Source: the human T2T-CHM13v2.0 reference genome, Homo sapiens
Assembly (NCBI RefSeq): GCF_009914755.1
Contig: NC_060939.1
Length of the DNA stretch: 64,000 nucleotides
Reading direction: 5' to 3' (one strand)
Under the pieces are notes generated by a model. The model did no database searches, was not told where the DNA came from, and saw only the letters and a list, made by a program, of their open reading frames with translations. Positions 12,102 through 28,998 of the stretch are shown here, piece after piece (within the stretch, counting starts at the first letter, position 1; each line of letters begins with the position of its first letter). The position numbers and the translations under genes are program-made.

Positions 12102-12415
12102 GGCTGGACGCAGCGGCTCACACCTATAATCCCAGCACTTTGTAAGGCCCAGGTGGATGGATGGCTTGAGCCCAGGAGTTCGAGACTAGATTCGGCAACC
12201 TGGCAAAACCCTGTCTCTACACAAAATACAAAAATTAACCAGGTTGGGTGGCGCACCTGTGGTCCCAGCTACTTGGAGGCTGAAATGAGAGGATCACTTG
12301 AGCTCCAGAGGTCAAGGCTGCAGTGAGCCAAGATGGCGCCAGTGCACTCCAGCATGGGCTGCAGAAAGAGACGCTGTCTCAAAATAAATAAATAAATAAA
12401 TAAAATAAATAAATA
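12102..12415 (+). mobile_element. AluJ with (AAAT)n tail
   Basis: Alu dimer; flanking aagtcct TSD. Confidence 0.9.
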
Positions 12416-12631
12416 AGTCCTGTTGTCAAGAAGTCAGTAGACAATTTTTCCTAACACAATGATCTTAAGGACTTTATTTTTCCCATTTTTATTTCATTTT
12501 ATTTACACCAAATTTCTTACTGGGTTTTCAATGCAGCTTAATGCAATATGCAATGATTTTATGTTTTTATCCACTGAGATTTGTGGATGGTTTGTTACCA
12601 GAGTATTGCCTACCCTATCTCAAAAAAATAA

Positions 12632-12952
<321 letters not shown>

Positions 12953-14579
12953 TTGATCTTAAACACAACTTTTCTTGAAAAAAAGTTACCATGACAAGTG
13001 CTAATTTTTTTCTCCTACTATTTGTTTTGAAAAATTTTAAACTTACAGGTTAAAATAATAGTACAATAAATATCTATATATCTTTTTACTTAGAGTCACC
13101 ATTTGTTTACATTTTTCCATATTTTCCTCTATTTTAATCTGTCTACAAACGTATACATAAACATACTAAATGTATATGTATACACGTATGTGTGTATATA
13201 CATTCATATACTCACACATACACATCAATATTACTTTTCTTTTGTGAGGCTATTAGAGAATAAATTTAGACACAGCATTTTTGTCCTAAATACTTCAGTA
13301 TGTATCTTATAAGTACATGGATATTCTTCCACATAAGCGTGACATAATTATCACACTCAAAATTTAACAACAATAAAATTAAATATGTAATGTACAGCTC
13401 ATTTAAAAATTGTCCTTGTGGTCCAAGTAATAACCTTCATAGCCACCTGCCCTTCCCCCATCCTTAATCCAATCATGAATGAAGCCTTCTGTTTAGTTAC
13501 AGCAGAGACTGCTGTGGGAACCTAGATCTGCTTCTTTCATAGGGAATAACCTCAGGCAGCCAGGACCTGCTCTGCCTGTGGGGCTCACAGATTGCATGAA
13601 GTGCAAGGATGAGCTGAAAGTGTGGCTCTGAAGCAGCAACTGATGGGACAACTCTGAGGTCATCTACTTACCCTCAAGGGACTGAGGCAGCTCTCTCTGT
13701 GAGATTGCTGATATGCAACTGGGCTTGGCCTCTTTATTCTTCTTGGACTGACTTGACTTCTCACTTTCCTGTTTCTCCTGGGAACACTCGTAAGGAATGG
13801 CTCAGTGAATTTCCTTCTCAAGGTCGGCTTTGGGGATATATATTTACATATATGTATACATGTAACAAAACAAAGACCATTCCTTTTACAGATTATTCTC
13901 AATTTGGATTTTTCTGATTGTTTCATCATGATTAGATTTAGACAAAATATTGTTGACAAGAATACTACATACTACATAAGTGATGTGTCTTCCTAATACA
14001 GGTTTTTGAAATTTTAAATTCTGATAACTGCTTTTCTTCCAAGAAATGCCATTATCTTTTGGCCAGCACTCAAATGAAATACAGACATTCTTTTAAAATC
14101 GAATGTATTCTATTTTATTATGTTTTGCATTTCCCCTCTTGAGTTTCTCCTAGTTTACTAACCTCTCTACAGAGTAATAAAATTATATTATATTTTTATT
14201 CATAAGAAAAAGAAAAAAAACCTCATGCAACTGAAATTGCCTTAAATTATTCATCTCTCACACTATTCTTACTTTGATGTTTAATATTATTATTTTATCT
14301 GCTTAATCCCATAACATATATTCTGACATAAATCTGCAAATTGTTGAAAACAATTTACTTAACATTTCAACTACTTAAAATTTTATTTTATTTCAGACAC
14401 CTAGAAAAATAGTTCTAAATTCTACAAAACCAAAAAAAAAAAAAAAAAAAGGGGGATTTTTCTTGGACTCTGTTCGAAGTTTCAAGCCTACCATCAGATC
14501 TGTCCCAGACATAACTTCTCAGAAAGCTCTAATGGGATTTTGCCCTGTATAGTTTCACTGAAACAAAAAAGTGACAGCT

Positions 14580-14660
14580 GCTTCCCCTTCCTTCCCTTCC
14601 TCTTCCCTCCCCCCACCCTCCTCCTCCTTCTCCTCTCTTCCTTCTTCTTCTTCCTTCTTG
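14580..14660. repeat. CT-rich low-complexity tract
   Basis: pure pyrimidine run. Confidence 0.85.
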
Positions 14661-15095
14661 CACATGTCTGATCTCTTTTTCCTGGCCTCTAATTTAGCAG
14701 CCAGTGATTGGGTGACGAATGACTAATCTGAGGGTCAGAGCTTCTTTCCTGAAGCTTCCTGAAAAAAATCCCCCAGTAATTATAGGTTGCAAAAAACCTC
14801 TTCTACTTATTTAGCCATTTGCTCTTTTAGGTTCTCTTCATTTATTTCAAATTAAATGATACTTTCTTTTCTCCCAAAATTCAAACTGGAGTTTCTTTGA
14901 CTTCCTTCAGGTGCTGCTACATTAATTCAATGCATGTTGCATTTTTAATGAATAATTTTAGGTAGTGAATTTCAAGTTCTGTATCAATTTCATTAATTCT
15001 ACTTAAGTTGGGTTCCCACCATAATGAACTTTTAAACATGTGTATTATTGTTTGGCCAAAAGCACCAAATGGGTGTTCAGCTTACATTCTAATGA

Positions 15096-15165
15096 CTTCC
15101 CTTCCTTCCTTCCTCGCTCCCTCTCTCCCTCTTTTCCTTCCTTCTTTCCTTCCTTCCTCCTTTCC
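15096..15165. repeat. (TTCC)n-like microsatellite
   Basis: seen directly. Confidence 0.85.
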
Positions 15166-16762
15166 AGCATCAGCTTTAGCAAGGAGCCCTAGCAGAAGAC
15201 ACCAGAAGGTTTCCAGCTGACTTGTCTCTTTTGTTCCTAAACCACTACTAACAGCAATATTAGTCATCACTTCCCCCACTGCCCACTGTGCTATTTAAAT
15301 CTCCCTCTTTGGGTATATTTTTTCCTAAGTTTCCTTTTTCACTCCATAGTCAGGGATGTGGGGGAAACACTCCAGGCAACACCTCCCACACGCGGCCACA
15401 TAAATATTTATTAGCTTTTTATTTGTATCAATCTGTTCTGTACAACCTGTACAGCTTTTCATTGCTGACATCCTTTTTATTATTTCAAATAATAGTTTAG
15501 TATGAGAGTTAAAAGAAACATATCTTTGTTCTTGTTCTGAATCATAGAAAATTTAAACCGTCACAGGCCAGTGAGAATGTATGATTCCCTTTTGAAACAT
15601 TTAAGAGGCATAATTTTGACAGTCTTTGTTTAACAAAGACTTTGCTTTGTTTTGACAGTCTTTGCTCAGTAACTCTTATATGACTGGAAATTTTCTAAAG
15701 CTACCTTAGATCAGTTGATAGGCTATGTTTTCTCTTTCAATCTGTATGAATTCAATAAATGTTTTAATGAGAGTTTTCTAAGCACCAGATGCTGTATCAG
15801 GTACTAGGGATGACTATGAAATGACTCAGCTCCCAAGAACTTTATAATAGGGCTTAAGCAGTGTCATAACTAATACAATCCTAATAAAAGCATGCTGTGT
15901 GTTCAGACCTAAAAGCTTGCTGTGTGTGTGCATTTAGGTAAACAGTTTCATCTCTCTGGACCCTAGCTCCTCTCTGTAAAATGAAGGAGTTGAATTCAAT
16001 GATATATTCTATTATATAACACCATAAAAACACTTTACCATATGGTGTGCTGGTCCTGGACCTGTTTGCACTCAGATCCATCCTTCTGCTCTGCCTTGTT
16101 CTGGGGTGAAGAAGTTGATCCTCGGCAGGGTGACTTTTTCAGGCTCTAGAGAATTTCTGAAAGGACTGAGTCAACGGGCAGCAGGAATATATCAACCATG
16201 GAAAATTAGAGAGCAGGGTGAGGAGCGGTTTTTGGGGGAGGGAGCTATCAAGACACTCCCTCCTGTTTTCAGCCTAAGGTGGCCTCTCCAGTGGCTTTAT
16301 CTTCTCTGTGACTCCAGCCCCCATTGTATCGAGGCCACCAGAGATCCAGTCTCCCAGAGTGGTCCTCTTGGTGCCAGTAATTCCATGTTTTCCTTTTGTC
16401 TCTCCAGCCCAAGAATGATAAAGACTTCCTGCTATCGTCAATCTCCCAGGATTATTTTAGAGCCCTCTGTTTAATTCTCAGCCTCTCCACTCTTCATGGA
16501 CCCACCACTGCTTTCCATTCCTTCTGCTGTGAACATTTGAGATGATTTCTGCTTTCTTGGTTAATCTATGGCTAACCACAGTGTTCACCTCTACTTTATT
16601 TTATAATTGAGGAAGGAAAATATGAGCATAGATACATTAAAGGAGCAGACCCAAACTAGCTCCTTGTATCCAAACAAAATGAAAGAAGGTTGTATCCAAA
16701 CCTTCTTTTGATGCTGGTATCTATTTTTTGGTGCTTAGATACCAGCATCAAAGGAAGGTTTG

Positions 16763-17712
<950 letters not shown>

Positions 17713-17750
17713 CTTTCAGTCAACTATTGAAGGACACACAAGATTCTCTT

Positions 17751-17752
<2 letters not shown>

Positions 17753-17788
<36 letters not shown>
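17753..17788. repeat. (TTA)n microsatellite
   Basis: seen directly. Confidence 0.95.
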
Positions 17789-17790
<2 letters not shown>

Positions 17791-18386
17791 AGCTGCCATG
17801 TTGAATCTCTTGAAAGTTAAGGCCCATGTAAATCGAGGTGGGGGAAACCTTTAGTGAACTACATCACTCTGTGTGCTTCCTGGTTCTTAGGACAGATGAC
17901 TTTATTACAGCCTCTGAATCTATCAAATGTGTCCATTTTTCACCAGGAATGTTAATTAAAAATAAAATTATAGTGATAAATGTATTAGCAACCTAAAGTT
18001 TGGTAAGAGAAAGATATGTAAAAAACCTCTTTTTTAAAGACGAGGCTTAGGCATCCTGCTTCTTCTCCAACTCTTTTATCTCCATTTCCTTTAGGTTGGT
18101 AAGATACTTTCTTTATTTCTAGCAATTTCACCAGAGAGGTCAACAATCAAACTTACGGTGGTTTTACTTTAAAATGATAGGTAGGCAAACTTGTGGAGAT
18201 ACTCTTTTATTTAATTTATTCATTAAAAAAAGAGGTGGGATGAAAATCCACCCATTCCCACTACCCCTTACTTTGGGTATGGGTGCGAGAGAGGAGAAGT
18301 TCATGGTGATTGGGTGACAAGGAAAGTGATAGTACCATTGCTGATACAGGGAGAGTCCCAGAGAGAGAAACTAGCTGGAGGTTAGA

Positions 18387-18863
18387 GTATTACTTTCCTG
18401 TGGTAGGTGGCTTAAAACAGACATTTAGTGGATAAAACAACACACATTTATTTACTCACAGTTCCAGAGGCCAGAGTCTGAAATCAACATCACTGGCTTA
18501 AAATCAAGGTGACAGCAGGGCTGTCTCCCCTCTGGAGGTTCCGGGGGAGAATCTGTTCCTGACCTCTTCCGGGTGTCTGGTGGCTGCCAGCATTCCTTGC
18601 CTTGTGACCACATCGCTTCAATCTCTGCTTCTATGGTCACACTGATTTTTTCCTGTTCTTTGATGAAGTTTCCTTCTCAATCCCTCTTATAAAGAGACTT
18701 GAAATTGCATTTAGGGCCCACCTGGATAATCCCCAGGAAAATCTCCCTGTCTCAAGATTCTTAGTCACATCTGCATAGTCCCTTTTGCTATGTAAAGTAA
18801 CATTCACAGGTTCCAGGGCTTAGAATGGGGACATCTTTGGAGGCCTTTATTCAGCCTACTACA
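18387..18863 (-). mobile_element. MLT1-type MaLR LTR
   Basis: ctcacagttccagaggccagagtctgaaatcaa...gcatttagggcccacctggataatcc...cagcctactaca. Confidence 0.8.
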
Positions 18864-21800
18864 GTCAGATAAAGCACACAGAAAAGCTGGTGTGGGTTTT
18901 ATTTGTATGTTGTCTCTGAGTGTTTTCAAGGTTAAGATCTTTCAAGGACTAAAGAATATTGGTTAATTCCTAACATCCTGAGCTATACAATTAGTGTAGA
19001 AAGAATACGCCCTTTTGGGGTGGATGAGTCAAAATGCTCACACTTTATTAAAACCATTATAGTGAATTTTACTGTTTGTTCTGTGGATGTTACAGAAAAA
19101 GGCATATTCTCTGTATAGTGTAAAGCTTAGTCATGCCTATTAAAGATATTTTGTCATTCCGGAAATTCTGTTTTATCTCCTAGATGTATGTTACAGTTAT
19201 GTTAAAGTTTTATGTAAAGTTTCCTTTCCTTCCTAACAGTTTTTATTTTATGTATTTCCTCAGTGTATGGATTGTTTGTGATGCTTATGTTTGCACTGTG
19301 CATTGTAACTTTTACAGGTGTATAATAATCATTTTATCCATTTCATATTTTTTGCCATGATACATGATGCTGTGTCTGATTCTAATATTTCTACCTGTCT
19401 ATTCCTCTAACTTTTCTATGTTCCTTTTGACCAGGGAAACTTTTGAATCCCTTTATTTTCAACATTTCTTTGTCAATTCGTTTATACATGTGCTTCTTAT
19501 AATTAGTAAATTTAGATTTTTACCTTTTGATATAATCTGATTTTATTTGCCTTTTATTGTTATCTTTTAAGCCATTTATATTCACTATGCCAAGTCAGGT
19601 ATAGTCTTATTTTGCCATTTTATTTTATTCTTTGTGGTTTATACTTACTGTTTTCTTCTTCCCTATACATTATATGTCATTGTAGCTCCTCTTTCTTCCT
19701 ATTAGTTATTTTTTCTACAAATTTTATTCTATATTCCCATTTGTAGAATGCACATTTTTGTTCTACAGTTATATATATATTCACATATGCACATTATATG
19801 TATATAAAAATATACATATACACAGAGATTAGCATATATATGTAATTTTCAACCAATTATAAGAATGGAAGACTATTACTGGTTCTCCTATATAAGAGAC
19901 TTATCACACTTTTACTTTCCTCTTCTCTACTCCTGCTCAACATGTATTAATTAATTAGTTTTTTAGGTCAAATTCCTGGTATTAAAAATATTATTTTTTA
20001 TTTTATTTTCTTTCCCAAGAAATATATTTGATACAAGAATTATGTAACATATTGATGTTAAAAACTAGTAATTATTTATTAATGTGAATTTTAATGGATG
20101 CAGTACACATAATCAATTTTTAATATCATATTACCTCTTGAGATGTAACAGTTTTATTTATTCTTTTAGTCAGCTGTGGTATTTTCTCAAGTATCAAAGA
20201 ATTATTTCCCCCATGAATGGTAAATGGATACTTGCATTTTCTGATTTCCTCTCACTTGACTAAAAGTTTGGTTGCCTGCAGAATTTTTTAATCTGAATTC
20301 GCTGATGGATACCTGGGTTGCTTCTACTTTTTAACTATTCTGAATAATGCTGCTGTGACAGTCATTTAAAAATATAAAAAAAATTAAGCATTTTTTTGGG
20401 GACTGAGATATGCTTAAGATAAATTAACCATCATAGGAGAACATAAAACATAAATATCTAAGGGTGAACTAGAACCCAAAGGCCTAGTCTGGGTCATAGG
20501 ATATTATGGAATGAAAGAATAACCCATACTGATGAAAATGTCACTTACCAAGATGATGATCTTACAGTGTAGGAACAGCAATTGTTTAGCTACAAAATGT
20601 GTGGTAATCATGACTTGCAGAAATAAGACTGGTAAAGTCTCCCAGAAACTTTCAGGATTCCTAAAACCAGTCCTTTGTCCAAAAGTCATCTTCATAGTAG
20701 TGGCCATATCCTGAATGAAGTTACTCAGTTCTTAAGAGCATACTGTCTAGGTCTGAAGAAGAATACGGAGAGTGAAGGCAGATTCATGGACCAAGGAAGA
20801 TATTCACAAATAGAACATACAATGGGGGATGAAATGATTTTAAGGAGAAATGACAATGACAATGACAGTGGTATGTAGTATGTAGGGGGGCCATTGCTTT
20901 CAATCTTGGAAGATGAGTTCAAGTTTTGATTGCATCAAAATGGAGTCACACTGAAGTTCTCAAGTAGAATTAGCCATACATCCTTTGCTTCTGGGTTTCT
21001 GAGATATTGGTGACAAAACTGAAACTAAGAACAGATCTATTGTCAACTATGATTGTCTTGCCTCCTTTTTTTCTCTGATCTTGTTTACTGCCTGAGTTTC
21101 CCTTCACATTTTACCACCACAACTAAGCAGGGACCTTATTTATTAAGGGTACATTCTTGCATATTTCTGCTTTAACATAGCATTAGTTAGTTCAGTATCG
21201 TATGAGTGAATTTGGGGGAGAAGTAACCAGTGTCTGTATCTGCTACAGACAATGAGAAGATTGTCTTACTGCAATATTTTAGGCATCTGCCTTGACTTCG
21301 AATGAACGTTCCTGTCCATACCCTAAAGGAGAAAAGAGTTGCACTCATATAATTAAATATCCTCTAGATTTTAGCGAATATGTGGACTACTTTTTTTAAG
21401 CAAATCTGTAAGGGCAGTTGTCATTGTGGAGAACTGTGGGTTTAGTTAGTCTCCCTTAATAATACAAATGGAGAAAATTTAGTTGAGAACATTGTTGAAT
21501 TTTTAGTGGTCCAGCGATATCTCTTTGTGGAGAGAGCATTTGCTTTATTAAATCTCCATTAGATAAACTCACATTTTTATAGGAGTGTTAAGAGAAAATC
21601 TCTCCAAGTGTTTAAGCCTGGGAAAATGAGAGAGAGGAAATACAGAACGAGGTCATGTGAACCGTCAATTGTGAATAAGAGGAAAAGTCAGAACCAAAGA
21701 AAAGCCCTTAGTGTGCAGAAGAGGTAGAGATTGAAAATGAGCTGTCAAAAAGAAATGCGGGGGATAAGCTAGAATAAAACACCTAAAGAATAAATTTCAA

Positions 21801-23664
21801 GGAAAAAGAGGAACATTAATAGGGCTAAATTTGATTAAACTTGACTGAGATAAAGGGAGAGAGAAAGGTGGTTTGATTTGGGGATTAGGTTATTAGTGAC
21901 AATCTTCATAAGCAGGTTTCAAACGACTTGTAGTAGTAGAAACTGGGATGAAGGGAACTGTAGTAATTTAGGAAGGACAGGTAGAGTATCAGTATCTTTG
22001 AAAAGTTTGCAGGTGATGAGATCAATGAGAATAAATGATAACTTAATGGGGTGTCACAAAATCACCTTAAGTTGGCTGGTGAAGACTTGGGCAGTTTTTA
22101 GGAACAGATTATATTAATATTAAAAATAGGAAAAAAGAGCAAAGAAATATATTAGGACTTCTAGCTACATGGTAAACAATAAACTCTGGTTTTACTAAAT
22201 ATATTTGACACATATTATAGAATTTTCCTTGCAAATGTTGTTACAAATTATATGATATTTCCTCTTTTCCAATTTTCCTCTTACAAGGTAAATTCACCTA
22301 ATCTTTATTATGATATATTTGTAAGGGGAATTGAATTATAAGCTTTCTCAGGTTAAAATAAGGACAAAACAAAAATTTTCTGATAAAATTTTCTTGCAGT
22401 ATGCCACCATTTGCCAAAGGAAGTCAGCCATTGTAGCCTTTTCTGTAATCTTAAGTTTTTTGGACAGATATCTATTGTGCAAACTAAAATTTAGTTCTAA
22501 TTCCATTCATATTAGATATATTTATTTAATACAGTATTCTGCTTAATACAGACTTTATAAATAGAATCACATTTTATTTTTAAATGTCATATCCTAGAGG
22601 AATGTTTGTACAAATCATTTAAAAATGAATAGTTTACAAATAACTTAGCTTTAGTCTTTAAGTATTTACATACATTTATTTATGATTTGTCACACATAAA
22701 AGGACATTCTTCTTCTTAATTATATCTTGCTGATACTTAATTTTAAAGTTTTTTTTTGTTTTAATTACACAACTGGTGGTGACAATATAACCCTAGATGG
22801 CTATGGTATATTTGTTCAGGTGCCTTGAGAAATACCAAAATTTTTGACAATGTTTTTTTTCCTTTGGGTCAGATCTTTTTTATTACAATGAAAGATAAAT
22901 TTCAGTAAACTAAGAGACAGAGACTCTACACAGAGTTTCAGTTTCCCCTTAGCTCCTATAAAATGGAATGTCATGCTACTGAGATATCTCATGCACTGCT
23001 CTTGCCTTCTGTCTGAAGATGGGATTCATGAATTACCTGAATCATCTGGATCCCTAGAATTGGATTAGTGGCTCAGACAACTCCATCTTTTGGGACAGAT
23101 GATAGAAGGTATCTATTTCCTACAGCTAGGTTTTTGCAGTAAGATTACATAACTCTTATTTGATCTTTCTCATTATTTTTTTCAGGACATAAATTGTGTT
23201 CCAATTCTGATATCCAATGATCTTACCTCATTTGGGGTAGGTTAAAGTAGATACTCATTAGGACTCTAAGGAGCATATTTTTCTACTTAGTGCAAACGTC
23301 AGAAAGTAAGTAATCATGTTTAAACTGACAAGAGCTTTAACCAGGAAGTTGCCTACATCACAAGATCTCCTTCCTGTGGTAGTGTGCATGGAGTCTTCCA
23401 CAAAGAGACAGACAGATGCCTGCAATAACCGGCTTAAGAAAAGATAACCATCAATACCACTGGTTGATTTCATCTGCTCCTATGAGAAGGACAGATTGTA
23501 CATGGTGCTGTCAGATGATCTCAGAACATAAAGAGATTTCCTGAGAGATCGTTATAATATTGGGATAAAACTTTACTGCAAAAATCTCATAGAGTGAATG
23601 AATGATAGAGGTAAACAAAAGTTTATTCTATTAAAACTTACATTTTGCAGCTTATTACAACATA

Positions 23665-24016
23665 TGTTATGATTTGAATGTGTCCCCTCCAAAGTTCAAT
23701 CATTGCCAATATGATGGTATTAAGAAGTGATTAAGATAGGTATTAAGATGGTCTTTAAGAGGTGATTAGGCCTTACAGTCTCTTCCTGGCTAATGGAGTT
23801 AAAAAGCCCTTACAAAAGAGGCGTCCCGCATTGCTTGGCTAGTTGCCCTTCCACCTTATGCCATGTGAGGATGCAGCAAGAAGGCCCTCACTAGATCAAA
23901 TGCCTAGAGCCTTGACCTTGTATTTTCCAGCCACTGAAACTGTGAGAAAGTAATTTTTTTTTCTTTATAAAATAGTCTGTGGTATTTTGTTATAGGAGCA
24001 CGAATGGACTAAGACA
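23665..24016 (+). mobile_element. MST-type MaLR solo LTR
   Basis: tgttatgatttgaatgtgtcccc...ggactaagaca; near 5-bp TSD acata/acatg. Confidence 0.85.
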
Positions 24017-24462
24017 ACATGCATGTAATTAACAAATGGGTCTTGGGTATAGGCATGAAGGAGATAGCTTTCCAGTTTGCTAAGAGATGTCTAAACTGGA
24101 CATCCTTAACAGCTGCCCCTCCACCCATAACCATTGCACCGGTTTCTATATAAAAGGTCAGAACTCTGCCTTTTACTTCGAGAACTTCTTTTCTGGGAAG
24201 GTCTAACAGCTTACTATCCAACCCATTATAACTAGCTATAATATTCTGTCAAATTCCTTCAAATTGATTTCTCTGTCTCAGACCACCATAACCCATCACA
24301 ATTCTGAAAGCTGAAATAGGATGAGCACCCTCTTCTCTACAGATAGCCCTATATGGAACCCTTGGCTTCTGCTGAGATAAGATTTGAGATAGGAGAAAGA
24401 GAAAAGCTAGTTTGCCAACCAGAGGGAGGATGATGTGTTCAGTTTGCAAATGGTAAGATTTA

Positions 24463-24863
<401 letters not shown>

Positions 24864-25140
24864 AGACAACTGGAGCTAGAAGGCAGGATTGGTAGGCAAA
24901 GGGGAAGTAAGTGGAGAGAGATGGGGATTGAGGACCCAGTCTTGCAGCAAGAAGAGGAAGAGAGTTACTGAAGGAGATGTGAAAGCCAGGTAGAGAGGTA
25001 AGAGAAACCTATTACAACGGCCCCATCACAGGGGGCCTTCACAGTCACACAGGCTTCACATTTGGATCTCTAAATGAGATCATGTCTCTATATTTTGTGA
25101 ATATGTATTAAACGTTTAATTTAGAAGCAATAAATATTTA

Positions 25141-25500
<360 letters not shown>

Positions 25501-25763
25501 TTACTAACTTGTGATTAGTCTTGGGAGGAAAATTAGAAGACTGTTCCAGGAACAGGCAATTGAGGTTGTCAGAAAAGTGAGATGTTGGCAAGATGTCAAA
25601 GAGAATAAGAACTGAGAGAAGACCATGATGTTCAGCAAGGGGGCCACTAGAACTCCATAAGAGAGAGGCCTGGGTATTGTGGTCAGAGGAAGTCAAGGAA
25701 TTAGTAAATGCTAAAGAAAGTGGGACAGGTCTCAAGCATCCTTTAGAGAAGTTTGGCAATTAG

Positions 25764-25765
<2 letters not shown>

Positions 25766-25808
<43 letters not shown>

Positions 25809-25823
25809 CGTGCGCGCGCACGC
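25766..25823. repeat. (TG)n(CG)n alternating purine-pyrimidine tract
   Basis: seen directly. Confidence 0.95.
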
Positions 25824-28071
25824 CAGTGTTCATTTTTACCTCTCATCTCCTATCTCGTCCAATACCTAATATTCTCTAGGGAAATGGAATCCTGGCTGAA
25901 AGGCAGGCTTGTCCTTCAGCTGTCACAGTGCCCAAGAAGCGCACAGCAGGGAGTCTTTTTTTTTTTTTTAAATTTACGCTGTGGTGCTGGGAGCCAGAGA
26001 CAGAGACAAAAAAAGCTGTCCTGGAGTCTGTTGCATTGTGACTGAATCAAGTTATCTATAAAAGGACTCAAAATAGGAGTCTGGGTTCACAGCTTAAAGG
26101 AATGAGGCTAAACAGCAGAAAGGCTCAAGCAACCACTGGTGGAGGGGAACAAGTAAGAACTTGTCTGGAGAAGTCTGGCGCCAAGTATAAATACCCACTG
26201 CTGACATTCACACATTCCCAGCTTGCTTGTCCAAGGGCAAGCAGGAGTCATTTACAGCCTGAACCTAATAGGCATCTAATATTGTTATGTGTTGTCATAT
26301 CTCAACCACCACCATCACCACCACTCCCAGCTAGCACTCACAGAGCACCTGACCTGGGATCAGTGCCTGAATCAGAAACAGAAACTTCTAGACTGATGTG
26401 GTTCAGTGGTGCTTACATAGGCTATTGTTTACTACATCTGCACCCACCTTTCAGGAAGCATTTGGCTTGTACATTTAGCTCTGTGGCCCACTGAAGAGAA
26501 TTTCCTGTGGGCAGTGGGGTGAGGAACCCTGCCTTAATCTGTTTCTCAGGTATTCTTCTCCCCTGCTTTTATGTGTCAGAACCTGTATAATCATTGTAGG
26601 GCCTATCCAGGAGTAGGCAGAGCCAGAGTGCCCATTCCTGATGTCCACAAAGTACGGTAATGCACCCAGGCTTGATTTGGAGCCACTCTTGCCTTCCTGA
26701 CTGTTTTCAAAGATATGTCGCATGGCCTCTGAGCCAGTGCAACAAGCCTTGCAGGCATTGGTATTTGCACAACAAATAGTATTTTTTTTTTTTTGCTTAA
26801 ATAAGGGAAATAGGGAATATTTATCACAGCTATACATTTATTCATCATTTAATTCCCATTTATTTATTCATTAATTTATTCAAACACTTCTTAAGCATGC
26901 ACCATGTGATGCTTTGTGACCTCTAAGCATGCACTTTGTGACCTCTAAGCATGCCCATCTTAGAGGCCACAAAGGTTCTAAAACTATTACTTGTGGACAG
27001 AAAAAGAGACCCATATACATGTAGCATTATGTCTTATTGGAATTCAGAGCAGGAAGAGAACACATCTGGCTGGGGGCAGGATGAGGAAGGACCTGATAAA
27101 TTTTCTATTGAACAATTACTCTAAATAAGTGTGCTTTCTTTAGATGGTAAGGATTAGACCAGGATTCAAGATTACTGGATTTTGAGTCAAAGTTTGAGCT
27201 CCTTGGGGGAAAATCTGCATATATGCAGAGTCATGGTGGTAATTACAGTATTAAGCCCCATTTTGGAACACTTTGATCTGATCTGATTCAAAATTTTATT
27301 TCCTGAAAGGTTTGCTCATGTCATATTAAGGTACTCTTGTCTTTTTATTTGCAAACTCATTTAAAATCTAAATACTGCTGCTCTCTGCTTTGGACTTGGC
27401 TGCTTTTCAATAACAGGAAGGAACAATACTGTTTTCATCAGTTTTGTACATGGGCCACGAGAAGGCAGCATTTTACTTCTTTTAAGATTTAATGCTGGTC
27501 TACAAAATGCTGAGCTGTGCCTGGAGGGCTTTGTGGTGTGGAAAATCTTCAGAAATGTTCAGTGAAACCCAGCATCCTCTGATTCATCTTTAAAGAGGAG
27601 AAAAAATTATTCTATGTGACTCTATTACCAATCTTTGGGCAGAGAACCAAATAATTCGGCCAGGCTCTCAGTCTTCATGGTTGAAAAGTTATCAGGAAAT
27701 TTAAAATTTAAATTCATAGTTACAGAGCCACTAGTGAAAATTTGCTTTTTAATGAAAAATTTTTTTTTGGTCTACATTTTCACCCTCTGCGGTGGGGGCT
27801 CTTTTAAATGCCCCTGTTTAACCATACTGCATCCAGAAATGTATACATATCACAAACCTGTTGGTAATGACACCAAGGCAAGCTCCGTTTCCTTTCCCAT
27901 CATCGGTGGACCACACCTACACCAGCGCTTCCTTCTGCGCATCCTATGGCACCCGTCTACTTTCTGCTTTGGGAATCCCCACAGAGGCTAGCACAGTGCT
28001 GAACTTGTAAAACGTACACAATAAACGTTCTATTTCTTGAACGACATTGGATGATAATGCAATCTCTCTCT

Positions 28072-28640
28072 TGTAAGAGAGAGGAGAAAGAGAGAGAGAG
28101 AAGTGAGAGGAGAGAGAGACAGAAGAGAAAGGTGAGGGGGGAGGGGAGAGAGACACAGAGACAGAGTCAGAGACAGAGAGAGACCAAAAGGGAACAGCTG
28201 GCAGCAGCAGGGAGGCAGGCTTGAGGAGTTGGTGTCTGATTTACGTGGGGGCCACAGATTGGTTTGATCAGGTGTGAAGTTTACAGGGCGCTGGGAAGGC
28301 TGGTTGCCCCACCCTAATCTTATGCAAATGGGCTTTCCACTTGCTCAGCGCCATCTCGTCTACTCTTTACTGTACACGTGGCTGGCAAAGAGAAGGGAAG
28401 ATAGAGCTCTCGTTTTGAACATGTAATTCCAGGTAGTATTTTCCTATTGGCACAACTTCACGCATTTGCCTGTGCAGGCTTCCACTTCGCTTGCCTATGT
28501 CTGCAACTTCATTTTACAGTCTGCTCTTTGTTAGGAAAACAAATGATTTGAGGGCTGCTTTTAATTAAAAGGTAAAACTTACCAAGGACTCCTGTACCCT
28601 CACTATCTGCCTAACTAATTTCTTCTTAACTCCTATATCA
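28072..28640 (-). mobile_element. ERV1-type LTR with (GA)n-rich tract at its left end
   Basis: minus strand starts tgatataggagttaagaagaaatta...gcagatagtgagggtac; left boundary uncertain. Confidence 0.6.
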
Positions 28641-28998
<358 letters not shown>

